This document shows positions 31,652-40,912 of a stretch of 64,000 bases of DNA, one piece after another. Numbering within the stretch: position 1 is the stretch's first letter; each line of letters begins with the position of its first letter. Position numbers and translations under genes: made by a program. This DNA is from Alphaproteobacteria bacterium (GTDB lineage: Bacteria; Pseudomonadota; Alphaproteobacteria; Rs-D84; SZUA-605), in assembly GCA_031549385.1 (NCBI GenBank), contig JAVBPW010000005.1, forward strand, positions 74,428-138,427. Direction: 5' to 3'. Under the pieces are notes generated by a model that saw only the letters and a program-made list of their open reading frames with translations, searched no databases and was not told the origin of the DNA.

Positions 31652-31740
31652 CAAAAAACGCCTAATGGGGAGTTATCACGCTCCAATGCAAGAACTCCTT
31701 GCATCAAGAAAAGAGTAAAATAATTTGAATTATAAGTCAA
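31652..31740 (-). promoter_or_regulatory. Sigma70 promoter plus a1/b1-like target leader of the C4-like RNA
   Basis: TTGACT-17-TACTCT; GGAG-CGTGATAA-CTCC hairpin, then CATTAGG, then a U tract. Confidence 0.55.
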
Positions 31741-31774
31741 TCGTTTAGTTATTTGAGATAAAATACCTAAACTA

Positions 31775-32185
31775 TCAATTCAATTTTAATCTATAATATA
31801 CCTCTCTAATTGTCGGAAATTTATTACTTTCACTTATACAATGAAATACTAGATAAGGTTTCTTCTCTGAAGATAATAGCAAAAGCAAATTTTCAAGAAA
31901 TTCCTTAGAAATACTAACCATACAATCGACTATTCTTTGAGTTACACAAAATCCACCCAGCGAGTTTATATCATTCCCATTTACACTGTTTCCTACAAAT
32001 AAATTAATGTTATACAAACAACCTATATTTAACCTTTTATTCTTATAACTACTATTTATCAAATTACATTGTAGGTTTAAAGTTTCAGAACTTCTTCCTT
32101 TTCCCAAGCTTTTTATGTAATCACAACAAACATCCCAATTTTCAATCTTAAAAATCATTTCATGGTACTGAATTTTATTTCTCAT
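31775..32185 (-). CDS. Hypothetical protein, paralog of 26398-26874
   Basis: GGAGGG SD; LGGF and PTIREVY motifs. Confidence 0.7.
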   Translation of the reverse strand: MRNKIQYHEMIFKIENWDVCCDYIKSLGKGRSSETLNLQCNLINSSYKNKRLNIGCLYNINLFVGNSVNGNDINSLGGFCVTQRIVDCMVSISKEFLENLLLLLSSEKKPYLVFHCISESNKFPTIREVYYRLKLN

Positions 32186-32783
32186 CTTTCCCTCCATTAT
32201 ATTTTAAATTTTCATCATATAAAAAGCCTTTTTCAGTATACCAATACGAGGTTTCCTCTCTATTATTACCATAACCATATTTAGGAGCTAACATATTATG
32301 CTTTTCCAACCATATTTCTTTTGAAACTTCAGATATCTTAATCTTTTCGTTTATTCCTAACCACTTCATAATCTTTTCATTGAAATGCTTAATTCTAAGC
32401 TCTTGTCTTTTCAATTTATGTATTAACTCAACTTTCCATTTCTTAGCTGCTTCCAATTTATTATTAAGACTTATAAGCTTTTTTTTATTTTTACTAATTT
32501 CTTCAGTACTTTCTTTCTCTATTTCCAAATCTTCTATCCTTTTCTCACAAGAAGTTAATTTTTCACAAAGTTTTAGCTCTGTCATTTGCAACCTATAAAG
32601 TTTTCCTGAATAATGCTCTATCAATTCTTCTATAGATACTTGAGAAATACTTGCTTCACATTCTTTTCCTTGAATCTTTTCTGCTTCCTGATCCAGCCAC
32701 TCCTCCTTTGATTTACATTCGATTTCAGCTTTATCTTGAAGTTTATTTCTATAAAGTTCTTCTTCTGTGGGTTTAAATGCCAT
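32175..32783 (-). CDS. Coiled-coil hypothetical protein (island)
   Basis: GGGAG SD; heptad-rich; overlaps the next gene. Confidence 0.7.
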   Translation of the reverse strand: MAFKPTEEELYRNKLQDKAEIECKSKEEWLDQEAEKIQGKECEASISQVSIEELIEHYSGKLYRLQMTELKLCEKLTSCEKRIEDLEIEKESTEEISKNKKKLISLNNKLEAAKKWKVELIHKLKRQELRIKHFNEKIMKWLGINEKIKISEVSKEIWLEKHNMLAPKYGYGNNREETSYWYTEKGFLYDENLKYNGGKDEK

Positions 32784-32928
32784 TTCTCCCTCCTTCACGT
32801 ATGCCTGTCTGTTGATTTGTAAATATTAAATATTTAAAGTAATTTTTGATTTTGTTAAATTTTAAGATAAATCTTATATAACAAGGGACATTCTGGCTTT
32901 CTAGCCATATTTTATAATTAAAATTCAT
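32773..32928 (-). CDS. Small hypothetical protein (island)
   Basis: AGGAG SD before ATG 32928; fills the operon gap. Confidence 0.4.
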   Translation of the reverse strand: MNFNYKIWLESQNVPCYIRFILKFNKIKNYFKYLIFTNQQTGIREGGRNGI

Positions 32929-32941
32929 GATTATCTCCTGA

Positions 32942-33151
32942 TTATATATTTGCTTTATCAACCCAGCGAAAAAAAGCTTCTACATCTATAAAAATTTTCT
33001 TTCCAATTCGTTTAATCGCTTTTAATTCTCGCAATCCATTAAATTGTTCTTTAAATATATAACTTCTCATCCCACCCATAGTAAAAGCTGGAAAGGTTTC
33101 TATAAACTGATTTACAGTCATTAAATTTGGTAAATTATTGTTTTCTGTCAT
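32942..33151 (-). CDS. Excisionase-like small DNA-binding protein
   Basis: LMTVNQF...RIGKKIFIDVEAFFRWV wing motif; downstream of the integrase. Confidence 0.7.
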   Translation of the reverse strand: MTENNNLPNLMTVNQFIETFPAFTMGGMRSYIFKEQFNGLRELKAIKRIGKKIFIDVEAFFRWVDKANI

Positions 33152-33239
33152 AATTTTTACTCCATTTATTAGTTATCAAGCAGATTCGTTATCTGTTAAT
33201 TACGATTATGGAATAAAAATATTTTTTAATCTTTGGGAT

Positions 33240-33914
33240 TTAAGCTATATGTTTTTGCTGGGTTTTAGCCCAAAGTTTTCTCTTTTTAACTCTATCGCTA
33301 AATCCAATGGTTATATTATGTCCATTTTTTAAATTAGGACATTCTTTATTTATAATATTTACTATATCCTCTCCAAATTTTACAAATTTACTCTTATGAA
33401 TACCTTCAATATTACCAGCAGTTGGATCTTTTCCTGTTGCTTGCTTATAAATATCCATAAGCTGTCCTGCAAATTGCTTTTCATTTGCATTATAACTAAG
33501 AGGGGAATCTTTTGTTCTATGATTAGAAATTTCCTTTTCAATTTCTTCTATGGCTACATTTATAGCCAATCTACATTCTTCAGATCCTTTTATTAAACTA
33601 AAGGCACTAACATCGACATTGTCTCCCCACATTCCTTTAGCTTCATTTAAAATCCTACTAAAGTGAAATACTAAATAATGATGGATATCTGGGGAATTTA
33701 ATAAATCTAATAATTCATCATTGCTTTTCTTAATTTTTTTAAGTTTCTTTAAACAATTTCTTTTAGAAAAATTCTCTTTATAATAATCAATAATAAAAAA
33801 ACCAATATCACTGTTTAATTCATGGTTTATTTTATTAATATCTACTTCTTTTTGAATTTCCAAAAAATCTCTTATATCAAGGTTAAATTGAGGAATTGTA
33901 TATAACCCAACCAT
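33240..33914 (-). CDS. Hypothetical protein downstream of the integrase
   Basis: Starts 3 bp after the int stop. Confidence 0.7.
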   Translation of the reverse strand: MVGLYTIPQFNLDIRDFLEIQKEVDINKINHELNSDIGFFIIDYYKENFSKRNCLKKLKKIKKSNDELLDLLNSPDIHHYLVFHFSRILNEAKGMWGDNVDVSAFSLIKGSEECRLAINVAIEEIEKEISNHRTKDSPLSYNANEKQFAGQLMDIYKQATGKDPTAGNIEGIHKSKFVKFGEDIVNIINKECPNLKNGHNITIGFSDRVKKRKLWAKTQQKHIA

Positions 33915-33917
33915 CTT

Positions 33918-34976
33918 TTATTCTCCAAATATCTTTTTATTCATTTTTTCTACTACTGATTGCTTATGCTTGTCTGATAAATGAGCATATCGCTTAACCA
34001 TAGCCAAGGTTTTATGCCCCAATATATCTGCTATTTCACCCAGCGATGCACTGTTCATTATTAAATAGCTTGCTGCTGTATGCCTTAAATCATGAAATCT
34101 GAAATCATCCAACTTAGCGTTTTCAACCGCTTTCTCCCAACTTCTCTTAATATCAAAAGGAGCTAATCCATTCTTGCTAGGAAATACATAAGGTGAATTT
34201 TTTCTTTTTTCATAAAGCTCTTGCAAAACCTTCAAGGCTGAACTTACCAATGGAATACTTCTTCGTTCTCCATTTTTAGTATCTTGTAAAATAGCTCGCC
34301 TTTCTTCAAAATCCACATTATCCCAAGTAAGCGATAAAACTTCCATCTTGCGAGCCCCGGTAGACAACGCCACCACAACCACAGGATATAAATAAGGATT
34401 TTCTGCTTTCTGAGCCTCTTCTAATAAAGCCTTTCGTTCCTCATCAGATAAATATCGAACTCGTCCTCTGGGCTCTGACAATTTACTAACTTTTGCCATA
34501 GGATTAACTTCTATCCATTCCAAATCCTTAAAAGTATAAGTCATAACTGAACTTAAGGCTGCCAGATAACGATTAAGAGTAGCTGGTCCCTTAGCATGTT
34601 TATCTTTATGCTTAACTTCCGCTATCTTATTCCTACCTTCGTTTATAATAGCAGGAGTTATTTGAGATAAAGTATAATCGCCTATAAACTTTTTCCATAA
34701 TTCCAAATAAACTTTATAAAACCTTTCAAGCTTAGGTCGTTCAGGCAACTTATTTTCCATATATTTATCGATAGCTTCTGCCAAAGTATGCTGTTTGGCC
34801 TTCAAATGAGAAAAGTATTTGTCTTCTCTTATCATATTTTCAGTTTTTGCAGCCCAACTCTTAGCATCTGTCAATTTAGAAAATGTTTGAGAAATATCAG
34901 GAGCTCCAACCATTCGGATACGAACTCTATACTGACTATCTCCATTTATCCCTTTTCTTTTTTCAATACTCGCCAT
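33918..34976 (-). CDS. int: Tyrosine integrase
   Basis: Catalytic set TGAR, TKNG, FHDLRH, LGHK, RYAH; N-terminal arm-binding-like domain. Confidence 0.95.
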   Translation of the reverse strand: MASIEKRKGINGDSQYRVRIRMVGAPDISQTFSKLTDAKSWAAKTENMIREDKYFSHLKAKQHTLAEAIDKYMENKLPERPKLERFYKVYLELWKKFIGDYTLSQITPAIINEGRNKIAEVKHKDKHAKGPATLNRYLAALSSVMTYTFKDLEWIEVNPMAKVSKLSEPRGRVRYLSDEERKALLEEAQKAENPYLYPVVVVALSTGARKMEVLSLTWDNVDFEERRAILQDTKNGERRSIPLVSSALKVLQELYEKRKNSPYVFPSKNGLAPFDIKRSWEKAVENAKLDDFRFHDLRHTAASYLIMNSASLGEIADILGHKTLAMVKRYAHLSDKHKQSVVEKMNKKIFGE

Positions 34977-35773
34977 TATTCAATAATCCCAGTTTGTTTT
35001 AAAGCAGCATTCCAATTATTCATCTCGTCATTTATTGGTAGATTTAAATAATCCGGGCTTCCACCAGTTGTTATCAGTCTCATAGTTTTAAAAGCCTCTA
35101 ATGTCATTTCTGTAAAATCAACCACATCTATATTTTTAACATCATAACTTCTAATTTCTATATTATGAGCAATAGCCTTATTTCGCATTATTTTTATTTT
35201 TTTCCAAATCTCTTCTTTATTATCCTTATTTAAAATAAAATTTAAGTTTCTAAAATAAACATTCCTAGACATTCCCCAAAAAGGAAGCTTCTTAATAAAA
35301 TAAGATCCCAAACCATCAATATATATCTTTTTTTTCCATTTGTTATTAGATCTATCCCTTTTAAATTTTCTAAAAATATTTGGAATAGAATTTACATCTT
35401 TGCTATTTTCTTCCCAAATTTTACATAAAATAACAGAAATATTTTGCATCATAGAACCATAAATATAATTCAAAACAAAAACGTGTTCTGAAGTTTTATT
35501 TGCATCCATAAACGAACTATATATTCTTAAAAGAGTTGAAACATTATAAATATCTCGCTCTATTTGATTTAACATAATTCTAATAGATTCTAAGCCTTTT
35601 TTTTGTTTTAAATTTAATGAATTATCTAACCTTATATTAGATAACCAACGAATACGTTGCTCTTTAAACCTTTCTGTATAAAAGCTTATTTCATCTTTAC
35701 TTAAATCATTACTATTTATGTAAATTTTAAATTGTTTATAAGTCCAATCCATTGAAAATGATATCGACTTCAT
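34976..35773 (-). CDS. HEPN-domain protein (AbiU2-like)
   Basis: RNKAIAH HEPN-type motif; ILCKIWE...NSI helix; TAATG overlap with int. Confidence 0.65.
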   Translation of the reverse strand: MKSISFSMDWTYKQFKIYINSNDLSKDEISFYTERFKEQRIRWLSNIRLDNSLNLKQKKGLESIRIMLNQIERDIYNVSTLLRIYSSFMDANKTSEHVFVLNYIYGSMMQNISVILCKIWEENSKDVNSIPNIFRKFKRDRSNNKWKKKIYIDGLGSYFIKKLPFWGMSRNVYFRNLNFILNKDNKEEIWKKIKIMRNKAIAHNIEIRSYDVKNIDVVDFTEMTLEAFKTMRLITTGGSPDYLNLPINDEMNNWNAALKQTGIIE

Positions 35774-35903
35774 TTTTTACATTCCTTATATTTATTTTAT
35801 ATATAATAACCTACAACACAAAATAACAAATAGCAACAATAATCATAAGGCCAAATATGATAAGTCTCATAAAATACAGCGCTTTTATGATATAATTCTT
35901 ATT

Positions 35904-35924
35904 TTTGGGGCAATTTGGGACAGT
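35904..35924 (-). repeat. Inverted internal copy of the arm-like repeat
   Basis: Reverse complement ACTGTCCCAAATTGCCCCAAA, a 1-nt deletion relative to the terminal copies. Confidence 0.8.
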
Positions 35925-37043
35925 TTATTTCAAAATCTTCTTAATTAGAGGACTGTGTATTTTATAAGAATTGATACTTTCTTTAATCTGTTCTAATATC
36001 AATTGGGCAGATACTAATGATAAGCCTATATTTTTAGCCACAGCAAGCATATCAACTTCAGTTATATTCTTACCTTTTCCATTTACCATAGTAGCACGTT
36101 CTCCAAAATTTAAGCTCTTTGAATAAACTAAATCATAGGCAGGTGATAATTGCCATTTATTGTCTTTATATAAGAATGCAAAGTTTTTAGAATGATCGTC
36201 TTCATTACCAGCCAACACATTAAAACACATCAAGCGATACATTTTTTCTACTTCACGCATATCTTTAGTCAAATCAAAGGTCAATCTCATCAACTCATTA
36301 TAATCCAATATAGGCGTTCTATGAGAAGAATTTAAAAGCCCCGCAACAGAAATCATAAAAACTTTTTTACCATCAACTCTATCAAATCGTTTCGTAGCAA
36401 AATACTTATCTTCAATTAAATTTATATCACTCATTTCAATCATACAATCATGAGCCATTTGCGAATATTTAAATTCTATTTCACCAATATTTTTGGGATC
36501 ATTTGATGCTGGAAATTTAACTATCCAATCTTCACCATTGATAGGTACTAAAACTTTAGGTCTAGCACCACCAGAAGAACCACCAGCGGTTACTAATTCT
36601 TCTAACTTACCACTTTGTTCTTCATTTAAAATCTTTTCAGCTTCACGAGCCAACACATCAAAACTATCTGAAATCTCTTTATTCGTTAAAGGCTCTGATG
36701 GTATATATTCCAAAGCACCAGCCCCAGTATTACCAACAATAGCTAATCTGTCTATAATTGACACACTCGCTGGATCAATTCCTTGTTTTTTTAAAAGTCT
36801 ATCCGTAAGCAATCGTCCCCAACCATCAGGCAAAGAGTCATTAAACACTCCAAAATTTCCATCAAATGGATATTGCGGAGCTATAAAAACCTTCTTTTCC
36901 AAAGGCAATTGATATGGAGATATAGAAAATCCATTCACTAACCATTCAGGCGAATATTGAAAAGCACAGAGACCATCTTTGGTTAAAGCTAACTCTCCAA
37001 CCTTACGTCCATCATAAATAACAGATACAAACTTATTTTTCAT
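35925..37043 (-). CDS. hipA: HipA-family serine/threonine kinase toxin
   Basis: DSLPDGWG, SSGGARPK, GNEDDHSKNF, LSPAYDL. Confidence 0.92.
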   Translation of the reverse strand: MKNKFVSVIYDGRKVGELALTKDGLCAFQYSPEWLVNGFSISPYQLPLEKKVFIAPQYPFDGNFGVFNDSLPDGWGRLLTDRLLKKQGIDPASVSIIDRLAIVGNTGAGALEYIPSEPLTNKEISDSFDVLAREAEKILNEEQSGKLEELVTAGGSSGGARPKVLVPINGEDWIVKFPASNDPKNIGEIEFKYSQMAHDCMIEMSDINLIEDKYFATKRFDRVDGKKVFMISVAGLLNSSHRTPILDYNELMRLTFDLTKDMREVEKMYRLMCFNVLAGNEDDHSKNFAFLYKDNKWQLSPAYDLVYSKSLNFGERATMVNGKGKNITEVDMLAVAKNIGLSLVSAQLILEQIKESINSYKIHSPLIKKILK

Positions 37044-37293
37044 TTATCACCTCTTCAATAGATTGATAATTCTTGCGTTTGAATAATTGATTAAAGTCAT
37101 CTTCATAACCTAAAACAGAGGCTATTTTTAATAAAGAGCTTAGTGAAATTTCACCAATATTTTCAAATCTTCTGATACTGCCAAAACTAACACCGGATCT
37201 GTTAGCAAGTTCCATTTGTGAAATCTTCGCCATCTTTCTAGCTTCCTTAACCCTTTCAACCAAATTTTGCTTAATTGCTAATATATTATACAT
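37033..37293 (-). CDS. XRE-family HTH antitoxin (HipB-like)
   Basis: SQMELANRSGVSFGSIRRFE; overlaps the hipA start. Confidence 0.85.
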   Translation of the reverse strand: MYNILAIKQNLVERVKEARKMAKISQMELANRSGVSFGSIRRFENIGEISLSSLLKIASVLGYEDDFNQLFKRKNYQSIEEVINEK

Positions 37294-37333
37294 TTTACCT
37301 CTTTTTATTATTCAATTGTTAATATATTATACA
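37279..37333. promoter_or_regulatory. Twin putative operators
   Basis: TAATATATTATACA at 37279 and 37320, each containing the palindrome TAATATATTA. Confidence 0.5.
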
Positions 37334-37382
37334 AAAACTATATGATAAAGTAAAGTACTATTTAATACACGAAGGAGCAGGT

Positions 37383-38129
37383 TTACAATCTACTTAACCC
37401 CGTTTTCAAATCATAGTGCTTTTCATATATGTAGGTTAAAAAGGCAATAGCTTTATCTGTTATTACAATTTTACCTTGCTTGTCTTTAAGTATAAGATTC
37501 ATATCTATCATATACGAAACCCATTTATTATAATTAACATCAATTTGCCATTTTCGTTCATTTTTTTCTTTGTTGAAAAATGAATGCATCTTATAAGCAG
37601 TAGAAGTTTTATTTTTTTCTGACATTAAAAAATCTAAGAATGCTATCTGGCTTCCAAATATAGAATAATAAATTTGTTCAAATTCTGTAGACATTCTAAA
37701 AATAGCGTCATCTCTAATCAAAATATCTACTTCATGAAAAGGGTTTTGTTTTAATTGTTTCTTTACATCTAATATAACCTTTTCAAGGTATTTTTTATAA
37801 TTATTTTCTGGATATGGGGGCAAATTAATCCTTTTACGATTTCTTTTTGAAGGAGCATATTCTGTTTCATTTAGTTCCCCAGGAAGAGAATCTGTTATAT
37901 GCGGTCTTTGTTCTAAAGGCTCCGCAGTTATCTTTCCATCTTTGTATCCAAATTTTGTTTTGCATAAAATTGAAATTAAAGTTTTTCGCAAACAAATAAA
38001 AACAACCAATGCAACAACAGGCCAGCTTGTTAGAAGCGGAATTGCCACTCCTTTAATAAAATAATCCAATCCTTTTCCTAACTCTACAATAACGATACAG
38101 GTTTCTTCCATATTCATTCCTTTTTTCAA
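37383..38129 (-). CDS. TM-anchored hypothetical protein with possible C-terminal winged helix
   Basis: SWPVVALVVF TM; FEQIYYSIFGSQI; ITDKAIAFL. Confidence 0.7.
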   Translation of the reverse strand: MKKGMNMEETCIVIVELGKGLDYFIKGVAIPLLTSWPVVALVVFICLRKTLISILCKTKFGYKDGKITAEPLEQRPHITDSLPGELNETEYAPSKRNRKRINLPPYPENNYKKYLEKVILDVKKQLKQNPFHEVDILIRDDAIFRMSTEFEQIYYSIFGSQIAFLDFLMSEKNKTSTAYKMHSFFNKEKNERKWQIDVNYNKWVSYMIDMNLILKDKQGKIVITDKAIAFLTYIYEKHYDLKTGLSRL

Positions 38130-38210
38130 TTACAACTAGAATTTACAACATACATAAAAGAAAAGCAAGGTTCATAATTAATTATACAGAGTTGTCCCAT
38201 ACTGTATTTT

Positions 38211-38241
38211 TTTACCCACACTGTCCCAAATTTGCCCCAAA
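38211..38241 (+). repeat. Putative integrase arm-binding repeats (right)
   Basis: TTTACCCACA-CTGTCCCAAA-TTTGCCCCAAA. Confidence 0.7.
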
Positions 38242-38309
38242 TGATAAAGTCGCACATACAAACAAAAAATCCAAAAGTTCTTAAACTTCTGGATTTTCAA
38301 TGTTTTTAG

Positions 38310-38385
<76 letters not shown>

Positions 38386-38483
38386 TTGAATTTTTTAATA
38401 TCAAGGATTATAACTAAATATCTTTAAATTTGCAAGTACTTTTTTAATATACTTAAATCAAATTTTAAGGTATAATCTTATGT

Positions 38484-39140
38484 ATGATGAAAGATGAGGT
38501 TATTTTATTAAAAGTACAGAAAATCTTGGATATTATGCATAATCCAGAGACTGGTTTTATAAATAGAAATTTAGATATTGAGAGGTTGGCTAATAATAGA
38601 GAAGAAAGACCAATAGATACTAAATTTTCATTAACAGGAAAAGAAATATTTAAAAATCAATTAGGCAAAGCTGTTGGATGTACTGGAGTTGCTAAGGTTT
38701 TTTTACATCTTGTTGATAAGAATACTCTTGATGTTATAGGTGTTGTTACTACAGCTTTAGAAGCTTATAGTAAAGGTGTGGGTAATAGTGGTCATGTTAT
38801 TGTTGCTGTTAAGTTAAATGATAAAAAATACCATATGTTTGATCCAGGAAAGAAAAATTTAAAATTGTTTGGAACTACTCCTAAGATTGGAAAAGTTATT
38901 TATCATGAGCTTTTACTAAGAATAAAAGAAAAACCATATGTGATAACTGCAATTACTAAAGATTTGGAACAAATTAAATCATTTGAAAATATTAAGAATA
39001 TTTCTCTTAGTGGCAATGTAAATAGTGATAAATTGCTTTTTAATAAGAAAAAGTTAGAAACTAAAAATCTTTTAAATAAAACCAAAAATTTATTTAAAAA
39101 GAAAATTAATCTTTTTTCAAGAAATAAAGAAAGAGAATAA
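38484..39140 (+). CDS. Transglutaminase/papain-like protein
   Basis: GCTGVAK...GHVIVAV...MFDPG, a Cys-His-Asp pattern. Confidence 0.6.
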   Translation: MMKDEVILLKVQKILDIMHNPETGFINRNLDIERLANNREERPIDTKFSLTGKEIFKNQLGKAVGCTGVAKVFLHLVDKNTLDVIGVVTTALEAYSKGVGNSGHVIVAVKLNDKKYHMFDPGKKNLKLFGTTPKIGKVIYHELLLRIKEKPYVITAITKDLEQIKSFENIKNISLSGNVNSDKLLFNKKKLETKNLLNKTKNLFKKKINLFSRNKERE

Positions 39141-39165
39141 AAAAAAGGCCTAATTGGCCTTTTTT
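39141..39165. terminator. Bidirectional terminator
   Basis: A6-GGCC-TAATT-GGCC-T6. Confidence 0.75.
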
Positions 39166-39415
39166 ATAAAAAGAAACTGTCTTCAGGGGTGATATGTTCT
39201 TTGTAGAATAACCATTTCCCATTTAATGCCAACCCGCGAAGCTTTTTTCCACCTGCATAAGTGTCCATTGTTACTTTATCACCTTCTTTCGGAGTGACAC
39301 CTTTTAAGTCTTCTTTATCCATTGTAACAGATGAACCATCTTCGAAATATACTTCAAAAAATCGATCTAACTGAAACTTTTTTTCAACTTTTTTAATTGT
39401 ATCGGTATAGGCCAT
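39164..39415 (-). CDS. Small hypothetical protein
   Basis: 83 aa; own terminator and A-rich leader. Confidence 0.65.
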   Translation of the reverse strand: MAYTDTIKKVEKKFQLDRFFEVYFEDGSSVTMDKEDLKGVTPKEGDKVTMDTYAGGKKLRGLALNGKWLFYKEHITPEDSFFL

Positions 39416-39484
39416 AATATTGATTTTAAGTTTATTTTATTATTGATTAGATTCAATATAGGATATAAATTTTGATTTGTCATT

Positions 39485-39510
39485 AAAAAAGCTACCATAA
39501 GGTAGCTTTT
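39485..39510 (-). terminator. recA terminator
   Basis: A6-GCTACC-ATAA-GGTAGC-T4. Confidence 0.75.
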
Positions 39511-39512
39511 AG

Positions 39513-40583
39513 TTATTCGTTTTCTCCTTGGTCGCCATCTGGAGAGGTTAGTTTTTCATTTAAAGTGTTTGATTTTTCCATTACTTTTGCTTTAATGTCA
39601 GCAGCAATTTCTGGATTGTCTTTTAAATATTGTTTTGCAGCTTCTTTTCCTTGGCCAATTCTTTCTGAATTGTATGAATACCAAGCACCTGCTTTTTCTA
39701 CGATATCTAATTTTACTCCAAGATCAAGAATTTCAGCTGTTTGAGAAATTCCTTCACCATAAATTATTTCGAAATCTACTACTTTGAAAGGTGGAGCCAT
39801 TTTGTTTTTTACTACTTTAACTTTTGTTTCATTTCCAATTACTTCTTCACGATCTTTGATTGCGCCAGTTCTTCTGATGTCTAATCTTACAGAAGCGTAG
39901 AACTTTAATGCGTTTCCACCAGTTGTTGTTTCTGGAGATCCAAACATTACTCCGATTTTCATTCTGATTTGGTTAATGAAAATTATTATACAGCCAGTTT
40001 TTGCAACTGATGCTGTTAGTTTTCTTAAAGCTTGTGACATTAATCTTGCTTGTTTTCCTACATGATGGTCTCCCATTTCACCTTCAAGTTCATCACGTGG
40101 GGTGAGGGCGGCTACTGAGTCAATTACTACTATATCAACTGCACCTGATCTTACTAATGTGTCTGCAATTTCTAATGCTTGTTCACCTGAGTCTGGTTGA
40201 GAGATTACTAAATCTTTTACATTTACTCCTAATTTTTGTGCATAAACAATATCAAGAGCGTGTTCTGCGTCAATAAATCCAGCATATCCACCTGCTTTTT
40301 GTGCTTCCGCTACACAGTGTAGAGCTAATGTTGTTTTTCCTGATGATTCTGGTCCATAGATTTCTACAATTCTTCCTTTTGGTAAACCGCCAATTCCTAA
40401 GGCTATATCAAGTCCCAATGAACCTGTTGAGATTGCTGGACATTTCTCGATTTTATCCAAATCACCAAATTTCATGATAGAGCCTTTACCAAATGATTTT
40501 TCAATTTGGGCTAGGGCTGCTTCAAGTGCTTTGTTTGATGCTTTTGATTCTGGAGCTTGTTCTTTTACTTTTTCTTTTGCCAT
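39513..40583 (-). CDS. recA: Recombinase A
   Basis: [38 protein letters not shown]; start MAKEK after GAGG. Confidence 0.99.
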   Translation of the reverse strand: MAKEKVKEQAPESKASNKALEAALAQIEKSFGKGSIMKFGDLDKIEKCPAISTGSLGLDIALGIGGLPKGRIVEIYGPESSGKTTLALHCVAEAQKAGGYAGFIDAEHALDIVYAQKLGVNVKDLVISQPDSGEQALEIADTLVRSGAVDIVVIDSVAALTPRDELEGEMGDHHVGKQARLMSQALRKLTASVAKTGCIIIFINQIRMKIGVMFGSPETTTGGNALKFYASVRLDIRRTGAIKDREEVIGNETKVKVVKNKMAPPFKVVDFEIIYGEGISQTAEILDLGVKLDIVEKAGAWYSYNSERIGQGKEAAKQYLKDNPEIAADIKAKVMEKSNTLNEKLTSPDGDQGENE

Positions 40584-40686
40584 GTTGTACTTCCTCTTTT
40601 TTATAATAGTGTTGATTTTAGCATTTCTAAAATAAAAAGCAAACAAAAAAAACCGCCCAAAAGGGCGGCGGTTAGTTTAGATACTA

Positions 40687-40878
40687 CTAATTGTAAAATT
40701 GTTTTTCGTTTACAGGGTTTTCGTTATACATAATGCATAAATAAAGAATTGTGTATAAAAAAAGCCATAGTTTAGTATATGGGAGTTCAAGGAATAATAT
40801 TCCCCAGGTTCCTAAGACATAAATAATAATGTCTAAATTTCGGATGAAATTTTTCATCCCCTGATTAATGGTTTTCAT
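40687..40878 (-). CDS. Small membrane protein
   Basis: Two short hydrophobic segments; shared leader motif. Confidence 0.45.
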   Translation of the reverse strand: MKTINQGMKNFIRNLDIIIYVLGTWGILFLELPYTKLWLFLYTILYLCIMYNENPVNEKQFYN

Positions 40879-40912
40879 ATATAATTTTTAAGTTTAATTA
40901 TTAAAAAAATCT

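Noticed and set aside
35904-38241. Tn3/IS-type transposon bounded by GGGG inverted repeats
   Set aside because: No transposase or target duplication, and the same motif occurs directly repeated at the far island end.
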